From assembly GCA_964508305.1 (NCBI GenBank), contig CAZDSX010000001.1:43388-107387 (forward strand): a stretch of DNA of 64,000 nt. The letters run 5' to 3'. The notes under the pieces are model-generated. The model was not told where the DNA came from. It did not search any database and worked only from the letters and a program-made list of their open reading frames with translations. The translations under genes and the position numbers were made by a program. Within the stretch, counting starts at the first letter, position 1, and each line of letters starts with the position of its first letter. Below are positions 47,012 to 57,321 of the stretch, piece by piece. Source of the DNA: an uncultured Bacteriovorax sp. Its GTDB lineage: Bacteria; Bdellovibrionota; UBA1018.

Positions 47012-47076
47012 AGCCGGGCCTGGCCCGCTTGACGGCCCTCGATTTGCTCCCATCTTGAAGAACGAGGGAGCTGCAT

Positions 47077-49641
47077 ATGAGTCGAGAGTACAGCACGCAG
47101 GGTCAGCAAGTTCTTCAGGCATCACAAGCACTTGCCATTCGGCTCGAGCATTCGGAGCTGGTGCCTGAACACCTGCTCCTGGCCATGCTCCAAGCAGGCG
47201 GGTTTGTATCGGATTGGCTTCAGGCGGCGGGGGTGAAGCATGTCCCGCTCCGGGAGCGGCTCACGGCCTGGCTTGCTCGACAGCCCAAGGTGTCGGGTGG
47301 CTCAGGTGAGCTTCACACCTCCGGGCTCTTGCAAAGACTACTTGTCCTCTCTGAGGATGAGGCCAGGGAGCTGGGAGATGCCCGCCTGGCTCCAGAGCAC
47401 TGGGTGCTCGGGCTGCTTCATCGTACTTTTTCGAACTCCGAGGGGGGCCGTGCCCTCTCAGATGCGGGCGCCAAGCGAGAGCAGCTCCTGTCGATGCTGG
47501 TCCAGCGGCGCGCTTCGGGCGCCTCCGTGCAGGCCGATGGAGAGAAGACGGCAATCGACGCCTATTGCCAGGACCTCACCCGTCGCGCGCGAGACCAGAA
47601 GCTCGATCCCGTAATCGGTCGCGATGAAGAGATCCGTCGCGTGGTGCAGGTGCTCTCGCGTCGAACCAAGAATAATCCCGTGCTCATCGGGGAGCCCGGT
47701 GTCGGTAAGACGGCCATCGCAGAGGGACTCGCACTCCGCATGGTGGCGGGAGACGTGCCGGAGTCCCTGAAGGACAAGCGCCTGCTCTCGCTGGATCTTG
47801 GAGCCTTGATTGCCGGGGCAAAGTTCAGGGGCGAGTTTGAGGAAAGGCTCAAGAAGTTGCTGGCGGAAGTCACCCGCTCCGAGGGCCAGGTGATCCTCTT
47901 CATCGACGAGCTCCATACCCTGGTGGGTGCAGGAAAAGCCGAGGGAGCAATGGACGCGTCCAACATGCTCAAGCCCGCCCTGGCGCGCGGGGAGCTCAGG
48001 TGCATCGGCGCGACCACCCTGGACGAGTATCGAGAGCATATCGAAAAGGACGCCGCCCTTGAGCGCAGGTTCCAGCCCGTGTTCGTCGGCCAGCCGTCAG
48101 TGGAAGACACCATCAGCATCCTCCGCGGTCTTCGAGAACGCTACGAGCTGCATCATGGTGTCCAAATCCGTGATTCAGCGCTTGTGTCGGCCGCCGTTCT
48201 TTCGGAGCGCTACATTGCCGACCGATTCCTGCCCGACAAGGCCATCGACCTGATGGACGAGGCTTCGGCCCGCCTCAGGACCCAGATGGAGTCACGGCCC
48301 GAGAAGCTTGATCTGCTCGAGCGCAGGATTCTTCGTCTCGAGGTGGAGCGGCAGGCCCTTCGCAAGGAGGGAGATGACGCGTCCGTGCGAAGGCTCAATC
48401 AGGTGGAAGAGGAACTCTCGCGCGAACGCGAGGAGGCTCGCGCGCTGCGTGCGAGATGGGAGCGTGAAAAGGGAGAGGCCGAATCGGTCCAATCCCTCAA
48501 GGCACAAATTGAGGCGATTCGCCTCGAGAGCGAGCGTGCCGAGCGCGAAGGAAACCTCGAGCGCGCCGCCGAGCTCAGGTATGGAAAACTTCTCTCGGTA
48601 AAAAAAGAGCTCGACTCTAAGTCCAGCACACCGTCAGCCGCGGCGGGTGCATTGCTCCGCCAGGAGGTGACCGAGGAGGACATCGCCGAAGTCGTGAGTC
48701 GCTGGACGGGTGTGCCGGTCAGTCGCCTCCAGGAAAGCGAACAGCAGAAGCTCCTCAAGATGGAGGAGCGGCTCGCCGAGCGGGTGGTCGGACAGGGTGC
48801 AGCCCTCAAGGCCGTGGCCAGCGCCGTGAGGCGCTCCCGTGCCGGGCTCCAGGAGTCCAACCGGCCCATCGGGTCATTTTTGTTCCTGGGACCAACAGGT
48901 GTTGGCAAGACCGAAACTGCCAAGGCTCTGGCCGAGTTCCTCTTTGACGACGAGCGGGCCATGGTTCGGATCGACATGAGTGAGTACATGGAGCAGCACT
49001 CCGTTGCACGCCTCATTGGTGCCCCTCCCGGGTATGTGGGACACGAGCAGGGCGGCATTTTGACCGAGGCCGTACGGAGGAGGCCTTATTCGGTGATCCT
49101 GCTGGATGAGGTCGAAAAAGCGCATCCTGATGTATTCAACGTCTTCCTTCAGGTGCTGGATGACGGGCGAATCACGGACGGACAGGGAAGGACGGTCAAT
49201 TTTTCCAATACCATCGTGATCCTGACCTCGAACATCGGGAGCCACCTGATCCTCGAGGAAAGGGATCCAGCCAAGAGGGATCGTGGAATCCAGGAGCTCC
49301 TGCGAAAGCAGTTCAGGCCTGAGTTCCTGAATCGCATTGATGAAACGGTCACCTTTTCGCACCTCGAGCAGGCGCAGATGTCGGCCATCACGAGAAAACT
49401 GCTCTCCCAGCTGAACGCAAGGCTCAAGGACCGTGGCCTCAGTGTCGAACTGACGCCCAGGGCCGAAGCGTGGCTCTCGGAGAAGGGCTTCGATCGAGAC
49501 TTCGGGGCGCGGCCGCTCAAGCGGGTCTTCCAGCAGGAGGTGCAGGACCGGCTTGCCACGGCCCTGCTCGGGGGTGGGCTCAAGCCCGGGCTGCCCGTGA
49601 AGGTGGACCTGCGCGATGGCGTCATTGCCCTGGGGCAGTGA
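47077..49641 (+). CDS. clpB: ATP-dependent chaperone ClpB
   Basis: Clp N-domain, NBD1 [10 protein letters not shown], coiled-coil middle domain, NBD2 [18 protein letters not shown]. 854 aa. Confidence 0.95.
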   Translation: MSREYSTQGQQVLQASQALAIRLEHSELVPEHLLLAMLQAGGFVSDWLQAAGVKHVPLRERLTAWLARQPKVSGGSGELHTSGLLQRLLVLSEDEARELGDARLAPEHWVLGLLHRTFSNSEGGRALSDAGAKREQLLSMLVQRRASGASVQADGEKTAIDAYCQDLTRRARDQKLDPVIGRDEEIRRVVQVLSRRTKNNPVLIGEPGVGKTAIAEGLALRMVAGDVPESLKDKRLLSLDLGALIAGAKFRGEFEERLKKLLAEVTRSEGQVILFIDELHTLVGAGKAEGAMDASNMLKPALARGELRCIGATTLDEYREHIEKDAALERRFQPVFVGQPSVEDTISILRGLRERYELHHGVQIRDSALVSAAVLSERYIADRFLPDKAIDLMDEASARLRTQMESRPEKLDLLERRILRLEVERQALRKEGDDASVRRLNQVEEELSREREEARALRARWEREKGEAESVQSLKAQIEAIRLESERAEREGNLERAAELRYGKLLSVKKELDSKSSTPSAAAGALLRQEVTEEDIAEVVSRWTGVPVSRLQESEQQKLLKMEERLAERVVGQGAALKAVASAVRRSRAGLQESNRPIGSFLFLGPTGVGKTETAKALAEFLFDDERAMVRIDMSEYMEQHSVARLIGAPPGYVGHEQGGILTEAVRRRPYSVILLDEVEKAHPDVFNVFLQVLDDGRITDGQGRTVNFSNTIVILTSNIGSHLILEERDPAKRDRGIQELLRKQFRPEFLNRIDETVTFSHLEQAQMSAITRKLLSQLNARLKDRGLSVELTPRAEAWLSEKGFDRDFGARPLKRVFQQEVQDRLATALLGGGLKPGLPVKVDLRDGVIALGQ

Positions 49642-49714
49642 GTGTAAAGACCTGCCGTCTTGACGAGGAGGCTCGCGCCCGGGTAGCTTGGGTGCCAGCT
49701 AGCACTCGTAGGGT

Positions 49715-49789
49715 TGGGGCGTCGGCAAGTGGTAAGCTAGCGGATTTTGATTCCGCCATTCGAAGGTTCGAATCCTTCCGCCCCAACCA
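49715..49789 (+). tRNA. tRNA-Gln (anticodon TTG)
   Basis: Cloverleaf folded by hand: acceptor TGGGGCG/CGCCCCA, anticodon stem GCGGA/TCCGC with loop TTTTGAT, T-arm GAAGG-TTCGAAT-CCTTC, encoded CCA. Closely resembles E. coli tRNA-Gln. Confidence 0.85.
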
Positions 49790-49796
49790 ACTTCAA

Positions 49797-50129
49797 TCAG
49801 TTTTGTGACTTCCGCCGCAGGATTGGCGCCACGGGCGCCAAGCTTCGAGGCGCGACATCGGCTTGGGTGACGGGAGCGGTGCTCCGCACGGATCGCGGCC
49901 TGTTTTCAGCAGCCTCCGCGGCATCCGGGGTCAGCGGGGCCCGACGCTCTTCGGCCCAGGACTCGCGGTGATTCATCATTGGAACATGGGCATCCCAGCA
50001 GGAAACGGAGCAAAAGCTGAGGCCCGTTCGCTTCCGGTTGCAGGTGGAAACGTTGCAGACCCAATAGACGCCGCCCAGGGCGATGGGCTTCTTGCAGATA
50101 TTGCATTTCTTCCAGGGAGCGAGGCTCAC
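49797..50129 (-). CDS. small Cys-rich (zinc-ribbon-like) hypothetical protein
   Basis: WKKCNICKKPIALGGVYWVCNVSTCNRKRTGLSFCSVSCWDAH. 4-nt overlap with the upstream lipocalin gene. Confidence 0.4.
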   Translation of the reverse strand: MSLAPWKKCNICKKPIALGGVYWVCNVSTCNRKRTGLSFCSVSCWDAHVPMMNHRESWAEERRAPLTPDAAEAAENRPRSVRSTAPVTQADVAPRSLAPVAPILRRKSQN

Positions 50130-50680
50130 CGAATCGGCACCCTCTGGATCAGGTTGGTGTCATAGCCCTGTTCGGCGAGGCGGGCATAGATGCCGCTCCA
50201 GGTGTCTTCGGGCAGGGTCTTTCCACGGGCCATGATCCACACATAGTCGCGCGATGGATAACCGATGACAGTGTAGGAGCCGTCGGCGGCAAGGTCGATC
50301 ACGAGGTAGGGCAGCTTGAGGGGAATGAAGCCCAAAAACTTCATGGCGACCTTCCACTCCGAGTTGATGCCGGGATTTTGGATGATTCCGGTGAAGTGGT
50401 TGACCTCGCGCTCCCCGTCGAAGGAGTCCTTGTTGCACGAAAAGGTGATGGCGATCTCACCGTTTGGCTTGAGGGCATACTGTTCAAGTGCGTTGTGGCA
50501 GCCCTTTTCCGTTCCAGTTGGAATGTTGGCCAGCACATTCCAGTCCCCCATGAAGGACTCCAGTGCAACCTTGGGGACGGTTCGAAGTGGGGGGTGGCTT
50601 GAGCCACCCATGCCCATCAAGGCCAGGCCGACGACAGCCAGTGTAAAAACGGACACGCTCACCATGGGGGAATTCTTCAT
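50126..50680 (-). CDS. bacterial lipocalin-family protein
   Basis: Signal peptide. FMGDWNVLANIP...GEIAITFSC...YVWIMARG pattern (lipocalin SCR1-like GxW). Start ATG 50680. Confidence 0.55.
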   Translation of the reverse strand: MKNSPMVSVSVFTLAVVGLALMGMGGSSHPPLRTVPKVALESFMGDWNVLANIPTGTEKGCHNALEQYALKPNGEIAITFSCNKDSFDGEREVNHFTGIIQNPGINSEWKVAMKFLGFIPLKLPYLVIDLAADGSYTVIGYPSRDYVWIMARGKTLPEDTWSGIYARLAEQGYDTNLIQRVPIR

Positions 50681-50766
50681 GCACAAAGGATACTTCCACT
50701 TGGGGTTGAACCCAAGCAATCCCGCATTGCCTGCATGCTGCACCTCACCTAAGATTCAGGAATCCC

Positions 50767-52335
50767 ATGCGCCTGGCCATCATCGACCTAGGAACGAACT
50801 CAGTCCGCTTTGACGTCCACCAGCTGGGCCCGGGGCGCCAGTCGAGGCTCCTGCACCGCGAGAAGCTCATGGTCAGGCTCGGCCAGGGGGTCTTCCTCGA
50901 CGGGAAGCTGGATGCCGAAGCGCAGCGCCGTACCCTCCATGCATTCGAGAGCTTTTCCCACACCTGCACGGAACTGGGCGTGGACCGGACGGTCGCCTTC
51001 GGAACGAGCGCCCTGCGTGAGGCCTCCGACGGTGGGCGGCTCCTGGAGCAGATCAAGGAGCAGTCCGGAATCGAGGTCCGTGTCATTTCGGGAGCCGAGG
51101 AGGCGCGCTGGATTGCACGCGGGATCCTTGCCCATGAAAGCGGGACGAACGGAAAGTTTGCACTCATTGATATCGGCGGCGGCAGCACGGAGATTTCCAT
51201 CTGTCGTGGGAGCCAGGTGCTGCATTCCGAAAGCTTTCCGCTCGGGACGGCAAGGCTCCAGCAGGTTTTCCTCAAGGCCAGCCCTCCAGCCGCCAAGCCC
51301 GGGGAGCGGGACCCGGTGGATGCACTTCGGGTGTACCTGCGTTCAGTCCTCCTGCCCAAGATGATCGCCGAGGAGTGGCCCAAGGTGGATCGGGTGATTG
51401 GATCCAGCGGTACGATCAAGGCCCTCGAAAAGCTCATCGAAAAAGACAACGGACTTGGCGATGGGCCCAAGAAAAAGAAGAAGGCAAAAAAGTCCAAGGC
51501 AGCAAAGCTCACCCGCGATGCGCTCAAGGACATGGTCGAGGACATGTCCGGGATGAACACGGCCCAGCTGCTGGGCATGCCCGGGATGGAGTCCAAGCGA
51601 GTGGACATGATCCTTGCCGGGGGCGTGCTGTTTGAGGAGTGCCTTCGTGCAGTAGGTGCGAAGCGATTCAGTTTCACCCCATACGCCCTTCGAGATGGAA
51701 TTCTTGAAGAGGAGATGCAGCTTTTCCTTGCCCGAAAGGACTCCCACATCTCCGCCCATCTGGGCGACCTTGAGGCGAGGGCGCGCAAGCTTGGTTGCCA
51801 GGAGGCGCATTTCAAGAAGGTGGCCGATATTGCCAGCTTCCTCTTCGACAAGCTGCGCGGCCTCCACAAGCTGGGCGCCGGCTGGAAGGTTTACCTTACG
51901 GCCGCGGCGATCCTCCATGATACGGGCGAGGCGATCAATCCAAGTCGACATGGTGAGCATGCCTATTACGTCATCCGGAACGCCGATTTTCCATCGCTTG
52001 AGAAGTGGGAAATAGAGTTCCTTGCCCTGCTTGCCCGGTGGCACTCCGGCGGCAAGGTCGATCCAAAGGCCTTGCAGGCACTCAAGGGCCATGTCGATCG
52101 TCGAGTGTTCCTTTCGCTGCTGGCCCTGCTTCGCGTGGCCGACGCCCTGGATCGCGGCCATCGCGGTGGGGTCCTGCTCAAGGATGTTCGCGTGGCTCGC
52201 CAGCAGGTGACCCTGATCCTTGACCCCAGGGGATCGAGCGATCTGGAGATGCTCCGGGTGGAACAAAAGCGGGACCTGTTCGAGGAAACCTTCGGAAGAA
52301 GGCTTGTGGCCGAGCGGGGTCGGCGGCGGCGCTAG
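50767..52335 (+). CDS. ppx: exopolyphosphatase / guanosine pentaphosphate phosphohydrolase (Ppx/GppA) with C-terminal HD domain
   Basis: MRLAIIDLGTNSVRFDV, IDIGGGSTE, ASKHD actin-like fold. C-terminal HD region ILHDTGEAINPSRHGEHAYYVI. Confidence 0.85.
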   Translation: MRLAIIDLGTNSVRFDVHQLGPGRQSRLLHREKLMVRLGQGVFLDGKLDAEAQRRTLHAFESFSHTCTELGVDRTVAFGTSALREASDGGRLLEQIKEQSGIEVRVISGAEEARWIARGILAHESGTNGKFALIDIGGGSTEISICRGSQVLHSESFPLGTARLQQVFLKASPPAAKPGERDPVDALRVYLRSVLLPKMIAEEWPKVDRVIGSSGTIKALEKLIEKDNGLGDGPKKKKKAKKSKAAKLTRDALKDMVEDMSGMNTAQLLGMPGMESKRVDMILAGGVLFEECLRAVGAKRFSFTPYALRDGILEEEMQLFLARKDSHISAHLGDLEARARKLGCQEAHFKKVADIASFLFDKLRGLHKLGAGWKVYLTAAAILHDTGEAINPSRHGEHAYYVIRNADFPSLEKWEIEFLALLARWHSGGKVDPKALQALKGHVDRRVFLSLLALLRVADALDRGHRGGVLLKDVRVARQQVTLILDPRGSSDLEMLRVEQKRDLFEETFGRRLVAERGRRRR

Positions 52336-52826
52336 GGTTTCTGGATCACTTCGATCGAGAGCGGCTCCAGCGGATCATCTGAAGTCGAGGCGCTGCCCGG
52401 GAACTCAAGCCCGACGATGGCACCCTTGGAGATTTCCATCCGCTTTCCGGTGCAGATGCCGACCAAAAGGGGGATCCAGTCCCCGTGCGAGCAGGCGATG
52501 GTCATTTCGGCTTCCGACGCCACCCAGGCTTCGAGCCATTCCAGCACCCGCGTACCCAGTGCGCCCGGGGATTCTCCGTCGCGCTGTTCCTCGAGGCCCG
52601 GATCCACGCGGAGCCTTGCGCCGGTGGCAAGGGCGAGCGGTTCCAGGGTCTCCCGACATCGGACTCGGGGGCTGGTGAGCACCTCCCCCGGCATGGGGAG
52701 GCCTGAGCGGACAAACCAGTCTCGCACACGAAGCGCCTGCTCGCGGCCCTTTTCGGTCAGGCCATTATCCTGCGCTCGGTCGCTCACATCGCGATGGGCG
52801 TGACGTACGAGGTAGAGGCGCCTCAT
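52332..52826 (-). CDS. histidine-phosphatase-superfamily protein, SixA-like phosphohistidine phosphatase
   Basis: LYLVRHAHRD (RHG catalytic motif), GLTEKGREQA, CSHGD. Overlaps the ppk1 stop by 4 nt. Confidence 0.65.
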   Translation of the reverse strand: MRRLYLVRHAHRDVSDRAQDNGLTEKGREQALRVRDWFVRSGLPMPGEVLTSPRVRCRETLEPLALATGARLRVDPGLEEQRDGESPGALGTRVLEWLEAWVASEAEMTIACSHGDWIPLLVGICTGKRMEISKGAIVGLEFPGSASTSDDPLEPLSIEVIQKP

Positions 52827-54901
52827 TCGAGAGGTGTTCCCTTGTAGTGGTTGTGGGCAAGCTCCGCGAAGATAAACTGTGAGCGCACGGCGTTTTTCTG
52901 TGACCTGACGGAGACCTTCTTCCAGGTTCCCTGGGGCGTCAATTCGCGGGCCTTGGTCGTATCCTGGAGGTAGGTGGGGATCAGCACCTCTGTGAGGTAT
53001 CGATACAGCAGTGGGTGGACCACGGGAAAAGCGATCTCCAAGCGCGAGAAAAAATTGCGGGGCATCCAGTCCGCACTGGAGAGGTAAAGGGCCCGACCAT
53101 TCTCGAAGTAGTAAAGTCGCGAGTGTTCCAGGAAGCGATCCACGACGCTGATCACCCGGATGTTTTCGCTCAGTCCCTTGACTCCCGGGACCAGGGAGCA
53201 GGCACCACGGACGATGAGGTCGACACGAACGCCAGCCATGGAGGCATGGTAGAGATTCTCGATCACGGCATCGTCCACCAGCGCATTGACCTTCGCCACG
53301 ATCCTTGCGGGCTTGCCCTCCTTTGCCGCCTGGGTTTCGGCCTTGATGTGGGAGAGCAGGCGTCGATGGAGCTGGGTGGGCGCCGAGACCAGGAGCTTGA
53401 AGCTCGTGGGAATCTGTCCCGTGCTCACTCCGTCAAAGAAAAGCTTGGCATCCTGCCCGATCTCCTGGCTTGCAGTGAGGATGGCAAGGTCCGTGTACTG
53501 GCGGGCCGTTGCGGAGTTGTAGTTGCCGGTCGAAAGGTGAGTGTAATAGCGCACTCCATCGGGCTCGTTGCGCGTGACGAGCGCCACTTTGGCGTGGAGC
53601 TTGAGCTTCCCAAAACCGAAGGCCACTTCAACGCCGGCTGAGCGGAGTTCCTCGGCAAGCCTGAGGTTGTTGAGCTCGTCGAATCTGGCGCGAAGCTCGA
53701 TGGCGACCCGGATCTTCTTGGTGGAGGAGGCTTTCTTGAGTGCCGCCAGCACCGGTGAAACTGCGTCCATGCGGTAGACGGTCAGGTCGATGGCGGCGAC
53801 CAGCGGGTCATCGCAGGAGGCCTGGATCCAGGCAATGAAGCATTCAAAGCCATCATAGGGATGGTGGAGGAGGAAGTCGTGCTTCTGGAGCTCCTCAAAA
53901 ACGCCCTGCTTTTCACGCAGGAAGCCCGGGATGAATGGCTGGATGGGCTTGTGCTTGAGTGAGTGCTTTTCGACAAGCTCCTCTGGGGCCTGGTTGAAAA
54001 GGGTCCAAAGCCCGTGGAGGCAGAGCGTTCCGGGAGCCAGGAAGATTTGCGAGGGCGCCAGCCTGAAGTGCCCGAGGCTCCTCTGCAGGATCTGCTCGGA
54101 GAGGCTTCCGAGATATTGGATCCTCACGACGCGACCGCGGTCTCGGGTGCTGAGGCTTGAGCGGACGACGTCCGGGATGGTCTCGGGGTCTTCTTCGTCA
54201 AGGTCGAGTGAAAAATCTCCGTCACGCGTGAGTCGAACAATGGCAGGTTCGCCTTCGAGACCCAGTGCGGGCCCGAGATGGGTCATGAGGAGGTCGTCCA
54301 GGAAATAAAGCCGTGAGTCACGGAAGAAGACCGAAGGCGTGGATCGCGGAACCTTGAAGAAGATGGAGCTGGGAAAAATCACGCCAAGCTGGAAATTCTC
54401 GAGGGCTGCAAACTTGGCCATCGAGAAGCCTTCGGGAGGCGAGAGGTGGGGGAGCACCAGCTCACGAAAAACCACGGCTCCCGACTCATGGGCGGGCTCG
54501 CCGGGACGTGCCTGGCGGATGATCTGGATGCCCAGGGTCTCGAGCTCACCCGAGAGCATGTCCAGCGCCTCTCCCTGTTTTGCGCCGAACTTTGAAATCG
54601 TTTCGAGGAGCGAGGCCCTGATCCTGGAGAGGTGCCGATGCTGAGTGGCCTCGGCGTCGCGCCTGACCTGGGCTGCGATCGACCGGGTGAGCGAGGCCAG
54701 TCGGATCATGAAAAACTCATCCAAGTTTGATGCTGAGATGGCCAGGAACTTGGCCCGCTCTAAAAGGGGGTTGGTCCCCTGGCGCGCCTCGGCGAGGACG
54801 CGCTCGTTGAACTGCATCCAGCTTAGGTCGCGATGGATCAGGGGGGTTTCCGGAGCTGCCAGCAGCGAGGGCAGCGTGGGGAGGAATCGAACCTGCTGCA
54901 T
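52823..54901 (-). CDS. ppk1: polyphosphate kinase 1
   Basis: N-terminus RDLSWMQFNERVLAEA.....LERAKFLAISASNLDEFFMIR, PLD-like C-terminal domains. 692 aa. Confidence 0.95.
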   Translation of the reverse strand: MQQVRFLPTLPSLLAAPETPLIHRDLSWMQFNERVLAEARQGTNPLLERAKFLAISASNLDEFFMIRLASLTRSIAAQVRRDAEATQHRHLSRIRASLLETISKFGAKQGEALDMLSGELETLGIQIIRQARPGEPAHESGAVVFRELVLPHLSPPEGFSMAKFAALENFQLGVIFPSSIFFKVPRSTPSVFFRDSRLYFLDDLLMTHLGPALGLEGEPAIVRLTRDGDFSLDLDEEDPETIPDVVRSSLSTRDRGRVVRIQYLGSLSEQILQRSLGHFRLAPSQIFLAPGTLCLHGLWTLFNQAPEELVEKHSLKHKPIQPFIPGFLREKQGVFEELQKHDFLLHHPYDGFECFIAWIQASCDDPLVAAIDLTVYRMDAVSPVLAALKKASSTKKIRVAIELRARFDELNNLRLAEELRSAGVEVAFGFGKLKLHAKVALVTRNEPDGVRYYTHLSTGNYNSATARQYTDLAILTASQEIGQDAKLFFDGVSTGQIPTSFKLLVSAPTQLHRRLLSHIKAETQAAKEGKPARIVAKVNALVDDAVIENLYHASMAGVRVDLIVRGACSLVPGVKGLSENIRVISVVDRFLEHSRLYYFENGRALYLSSADWMPRNFFSRLEIAFPVVHPLLYRYLTEVLIPTYLQDTTKARELTPQGTWKKVSVRSQKNAVRSQFIFAELAHNHYKGTPLE

Positions 54902-54907
54902 GGAGGA

Positions 54908-55648
54908 TCAGGTTCCAGCCGCTGGCTTGGGAGGCTTGTAGTAGACTTCCTGGTGGATGGAATCCTTGGCCACGCCCCGCTCGGCAAGCAGGCGCTTGAC
55001 CTCATCGATCATTGCGCCATTTCCGCACAGGAAGTACTGGGTCTGGGTCCAGGGATAATCCGCCCCGAGGGACCGGAGGTAATCCGTCACCCGACCCTTG
55101 AAGCCCTTCCAGTCTCCCTTGGGGCGTGAGACGGCGGTGACAAACTTCATGGAGGGAACGGGAAGCCGCTTGAGCTCCTCCTCGTAGAGCACCTCGTCTT
55201 CATCCCCGACACCGAGCAGGCAGGTGGTGCTTGCGGGCGGCGCAGAGAGGAATGCCTGGGAGAGCATCATGGAGCGGAACGGCGCAATCCCCGTCCCGGT
55301 GGAAATGAAGCAGGCGTGTTGTCCGGGGCCGGCCTCGTAGGTGAAGTCGCCATAAGGGGCAAGTCCGCGGAACGTGTCGCCGGGCCTGAGGCTGTAAAGG
55401 TAGTTGGTGCCCGGTCCACCTGAGACGAGCTTGATGCAAAGCTCGACGGGGTTGGCCTCCGGAGCGGATGCAATGGAGTAGGCCCTGCGGAGGTCACGCC
55501 CATTGGGTCCCGCGCCAGGGATCACACAGCTCACGAACTGGCCCGCCTTGAACTCAAAGCGCGGTTCAGTGGTGAAGCCCAGCTCAAAGACTGTGGGAGT
55601 GAGTTGTTTGAAGCTTTTGACGACGCAACGGTATTCCTGTGCAGCCAT
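54908..55648 (-). CDS. FAD/NAD(P)-binding oxidoreductase (ferredoxin-NADP reductase-like, no FeS domain)
   Basis: RAYSIAS (FAD RxYS motif), GTGIAPFRSM (NAD(P) GTGxAP). 246 aa. Confidence 0.65.
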   Translation of the reverse strand: MAAQEYRCVVKSFKQLTPTVFELGFTTEPRFEFKAGQFVSCVIPGAGPNGRDLRRAYSIASAPEANPVELCIKLVSGGPGTNYLYSLRPGDTFRGLAPYGDFTYEAGPGQHACFISTGTGIAPFRSMMLSQAFLSAPPASTTCLLGVGDEDEVLYEEELKRLPVPSMKFVTAVSRPKGDWKGFKGRVTDYLRSLGADYPWTQTQYFLCGNGAMIDEVKRLLAERGVAKDSIHQEVYYKPPKPAAGT

Positions 55649-55689
55649 GCCAAGGGTTTACCCCAACTTGGAGGGGGCCGCTCGCGGAA

Positions 55690-57321
55690 TTATTGGACAA
55701 TCAGTGTGTTGGCGGGGCTCGGCTGACTTGCGGCGCCCTGCGACAGGGATCGAACGCGCCAAAAATAGGTTCCGACCTCGGGGGTGGGAATCGCGAGGAA
55801 GTTTTCTCGGAGCTTCTTGGTCAGGATGGTCCTTCCAAAGCCCTCGTCGGTAGCCACCTCAAGCTGATAGAACTCGGTAAAGTGGGTCTTTTGCCAGGTG
55901 AAAAGGACGCTGGCCGGAGTCCCGGTTGATGCCGGCTTGGAGGACACCGAGGCGCCATTGGCCGGGAGCACGAGTTGCGGGGGAAGGAAGACGAACTGGA
56001 AGGAGTCGGTCTTTGAGGAGGCCACGAACCCTGATTTCAGGCTGGCAAAGATTCGGTAATAAATCCTGCCGTTGTAAACCTTGTTCTTGTTGAAGGTGTA
56101 CTGCGGCTCGTCGACTACGCGTTCGAGCAAGGGTTTTAGCGCCTGGGGTTCGCGGTAGATCTTTACGGTGTACTGCTTGGCCGCCGCATAGGGCTTCCAT
56201 CTCAGGGTGACCCCGCCGAAGTCCTTGATCAGCTTGTCCTTGATCCGGTTGTCCTGGATCTCGCTGCCGGCAACCAGCGGAGGCAGGGTGTCGATTCCCT
56301 CGAAGTCAGGCCTTAGCCTGAAGCGGGATCGACGAACGGTCTCCTTGACCTCTGGATCATAGAGTTCGATCTCGTAGTCGCCAGGCCGTTTAAGAAGGGC
56401 CGTTGCCTGTGCAACCCCTCCCTGCGCACTGACCTCCTGTTCGAGCACCTCGTCCTTGTCTCCATCGGCTTCGATGAGGCTGAGCCGGAGTTTGAGGCGT
56501 GCCGTGGGGGTTGAGGTCTTCCAGGCGAGCTTGATCTCGCGCTCGGGCAGGGGTGCCTTTGGAGCCAGTGCCAGTACTTCTCCGGCAGAAGGCATGAGAT
56601 CGGATACTCCAACCGGCAGGGCCTTGGCCACGGTGGGTGGAGGCTGTGGAGGTGCCGGGGCGGCAATCGGTACGGCAGGAATGGATGTGTTGCCTCCGCC
56701 CATGGCCAGTGGCACGGCCGAGACCGGGAGGTCGATCTTGGTGGGCACGGCTGGCGCTTCCTCAACGATGGGAGTGGACTTGCTTTCACCAAATGAAGTC
56801 TTTTTTCCGGTTGAAGTCGTGACGACGATCTTCTGGCCCTGTGCCTCACCGCTCACTGCGCCGGCAACCAGCTGAACGTTGGCCTGGCGTGTGATCCCGC
56901 CGAGCGAAAGTCCCGCATCGAAGGCAAGCTTCACCATCGTGCTGGGTCCGAGCTCGATACGTCCACCCTCCTTGAGGGTGATGACCGCCTTGACCTCCGG
57001 GCCCGTCACGATCGTATCCTGGTTGAAGAGCACGGCCCCCTGGTCGATGTTTTGGAACTCTGACTGGCTGGCCTTTTGGCGGCGGATCCGGCCCGAGCTC
57101 GTGGTCAGGACGCCAACCTCGACTGCAGAGCCGCTATCCTGCATTCCAAACACATATTTTCGGATCAGCGGAAAATCCGTCACATACACGTAGAGGGAGG
57201 CAGAGAAGATCCCCGCAAAAAGCACGAGTAGAAAAATCTCCCACAGCTTGAACCGGAAGCCATCGGCTTCGTCCTGTGCGGCAATCGGCTGTGTTTGGGC
57301 GGGTGCAGTGGTCTGGCTCAT
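55690..57321 (-). CDS. membrane-anchored FecR-domain protein with extended beta-rich C-terminal region
   Basis: One TM helix (LWEIFLLVLFAGIFSASLYVYV), then FecR-like segment (GAVLFNQDTIVTGPEVKAVITLKEGGRIELGPSTMVKL). Confidence 0.4.
   Translation of the reverse strand: MSQTTAPAQTQPIAAQDEADGFRFKLWEIFLLVLFAGIFSASLYVYVTDFPLIRKYVFGMQDSGSAVEVGVLTTSSGRIRRQKASQSEFQNIDQGAVLFNQDTIVTGPEVKAVITLKEGGRIELGPSTMVKLAFDAGLSLGGITRQANVQLVAGAVSGEAQGQKIVVTTSTGKKTSFGESKSTPIVEEAPAVPTKIDLPVSAVPLAMGGGNTSIPAVPIAAPAPPQPPPTVAKALPVGVSDLMPSAGEVLALAPKAPLPEREIKLAWKTSTPTARLKLRLSLIEADGDKDEVLEQEVSAQGGVAQATALLKRPGDYEIELYDPEVKETVRRSRFRLRPDFEGIDTLPPLVAGSEIQDNRIKDKLIKDFGGVTLRWKPYAAAKQYTVKIYREPQALKPLLERVVDEPQYTFNKNKVYNGRIYYRIFASLKSGFVASSKTDSFQFVFLPPQLVLPANGASVSSKPASTGTPASVLFTWQKTHFTEFYQLEVATDEGFGRTILTKKLRENFLAIPTPEVGTYFWRVRSLSQGAASQPSPANTLIVQ

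Noticed and set aside
49642-49714. Weak hairpins after clpB and before tRNA-Gln
   Set aside because: Stems are imperfect and lack a U-tract, so they are not reported as terminators.
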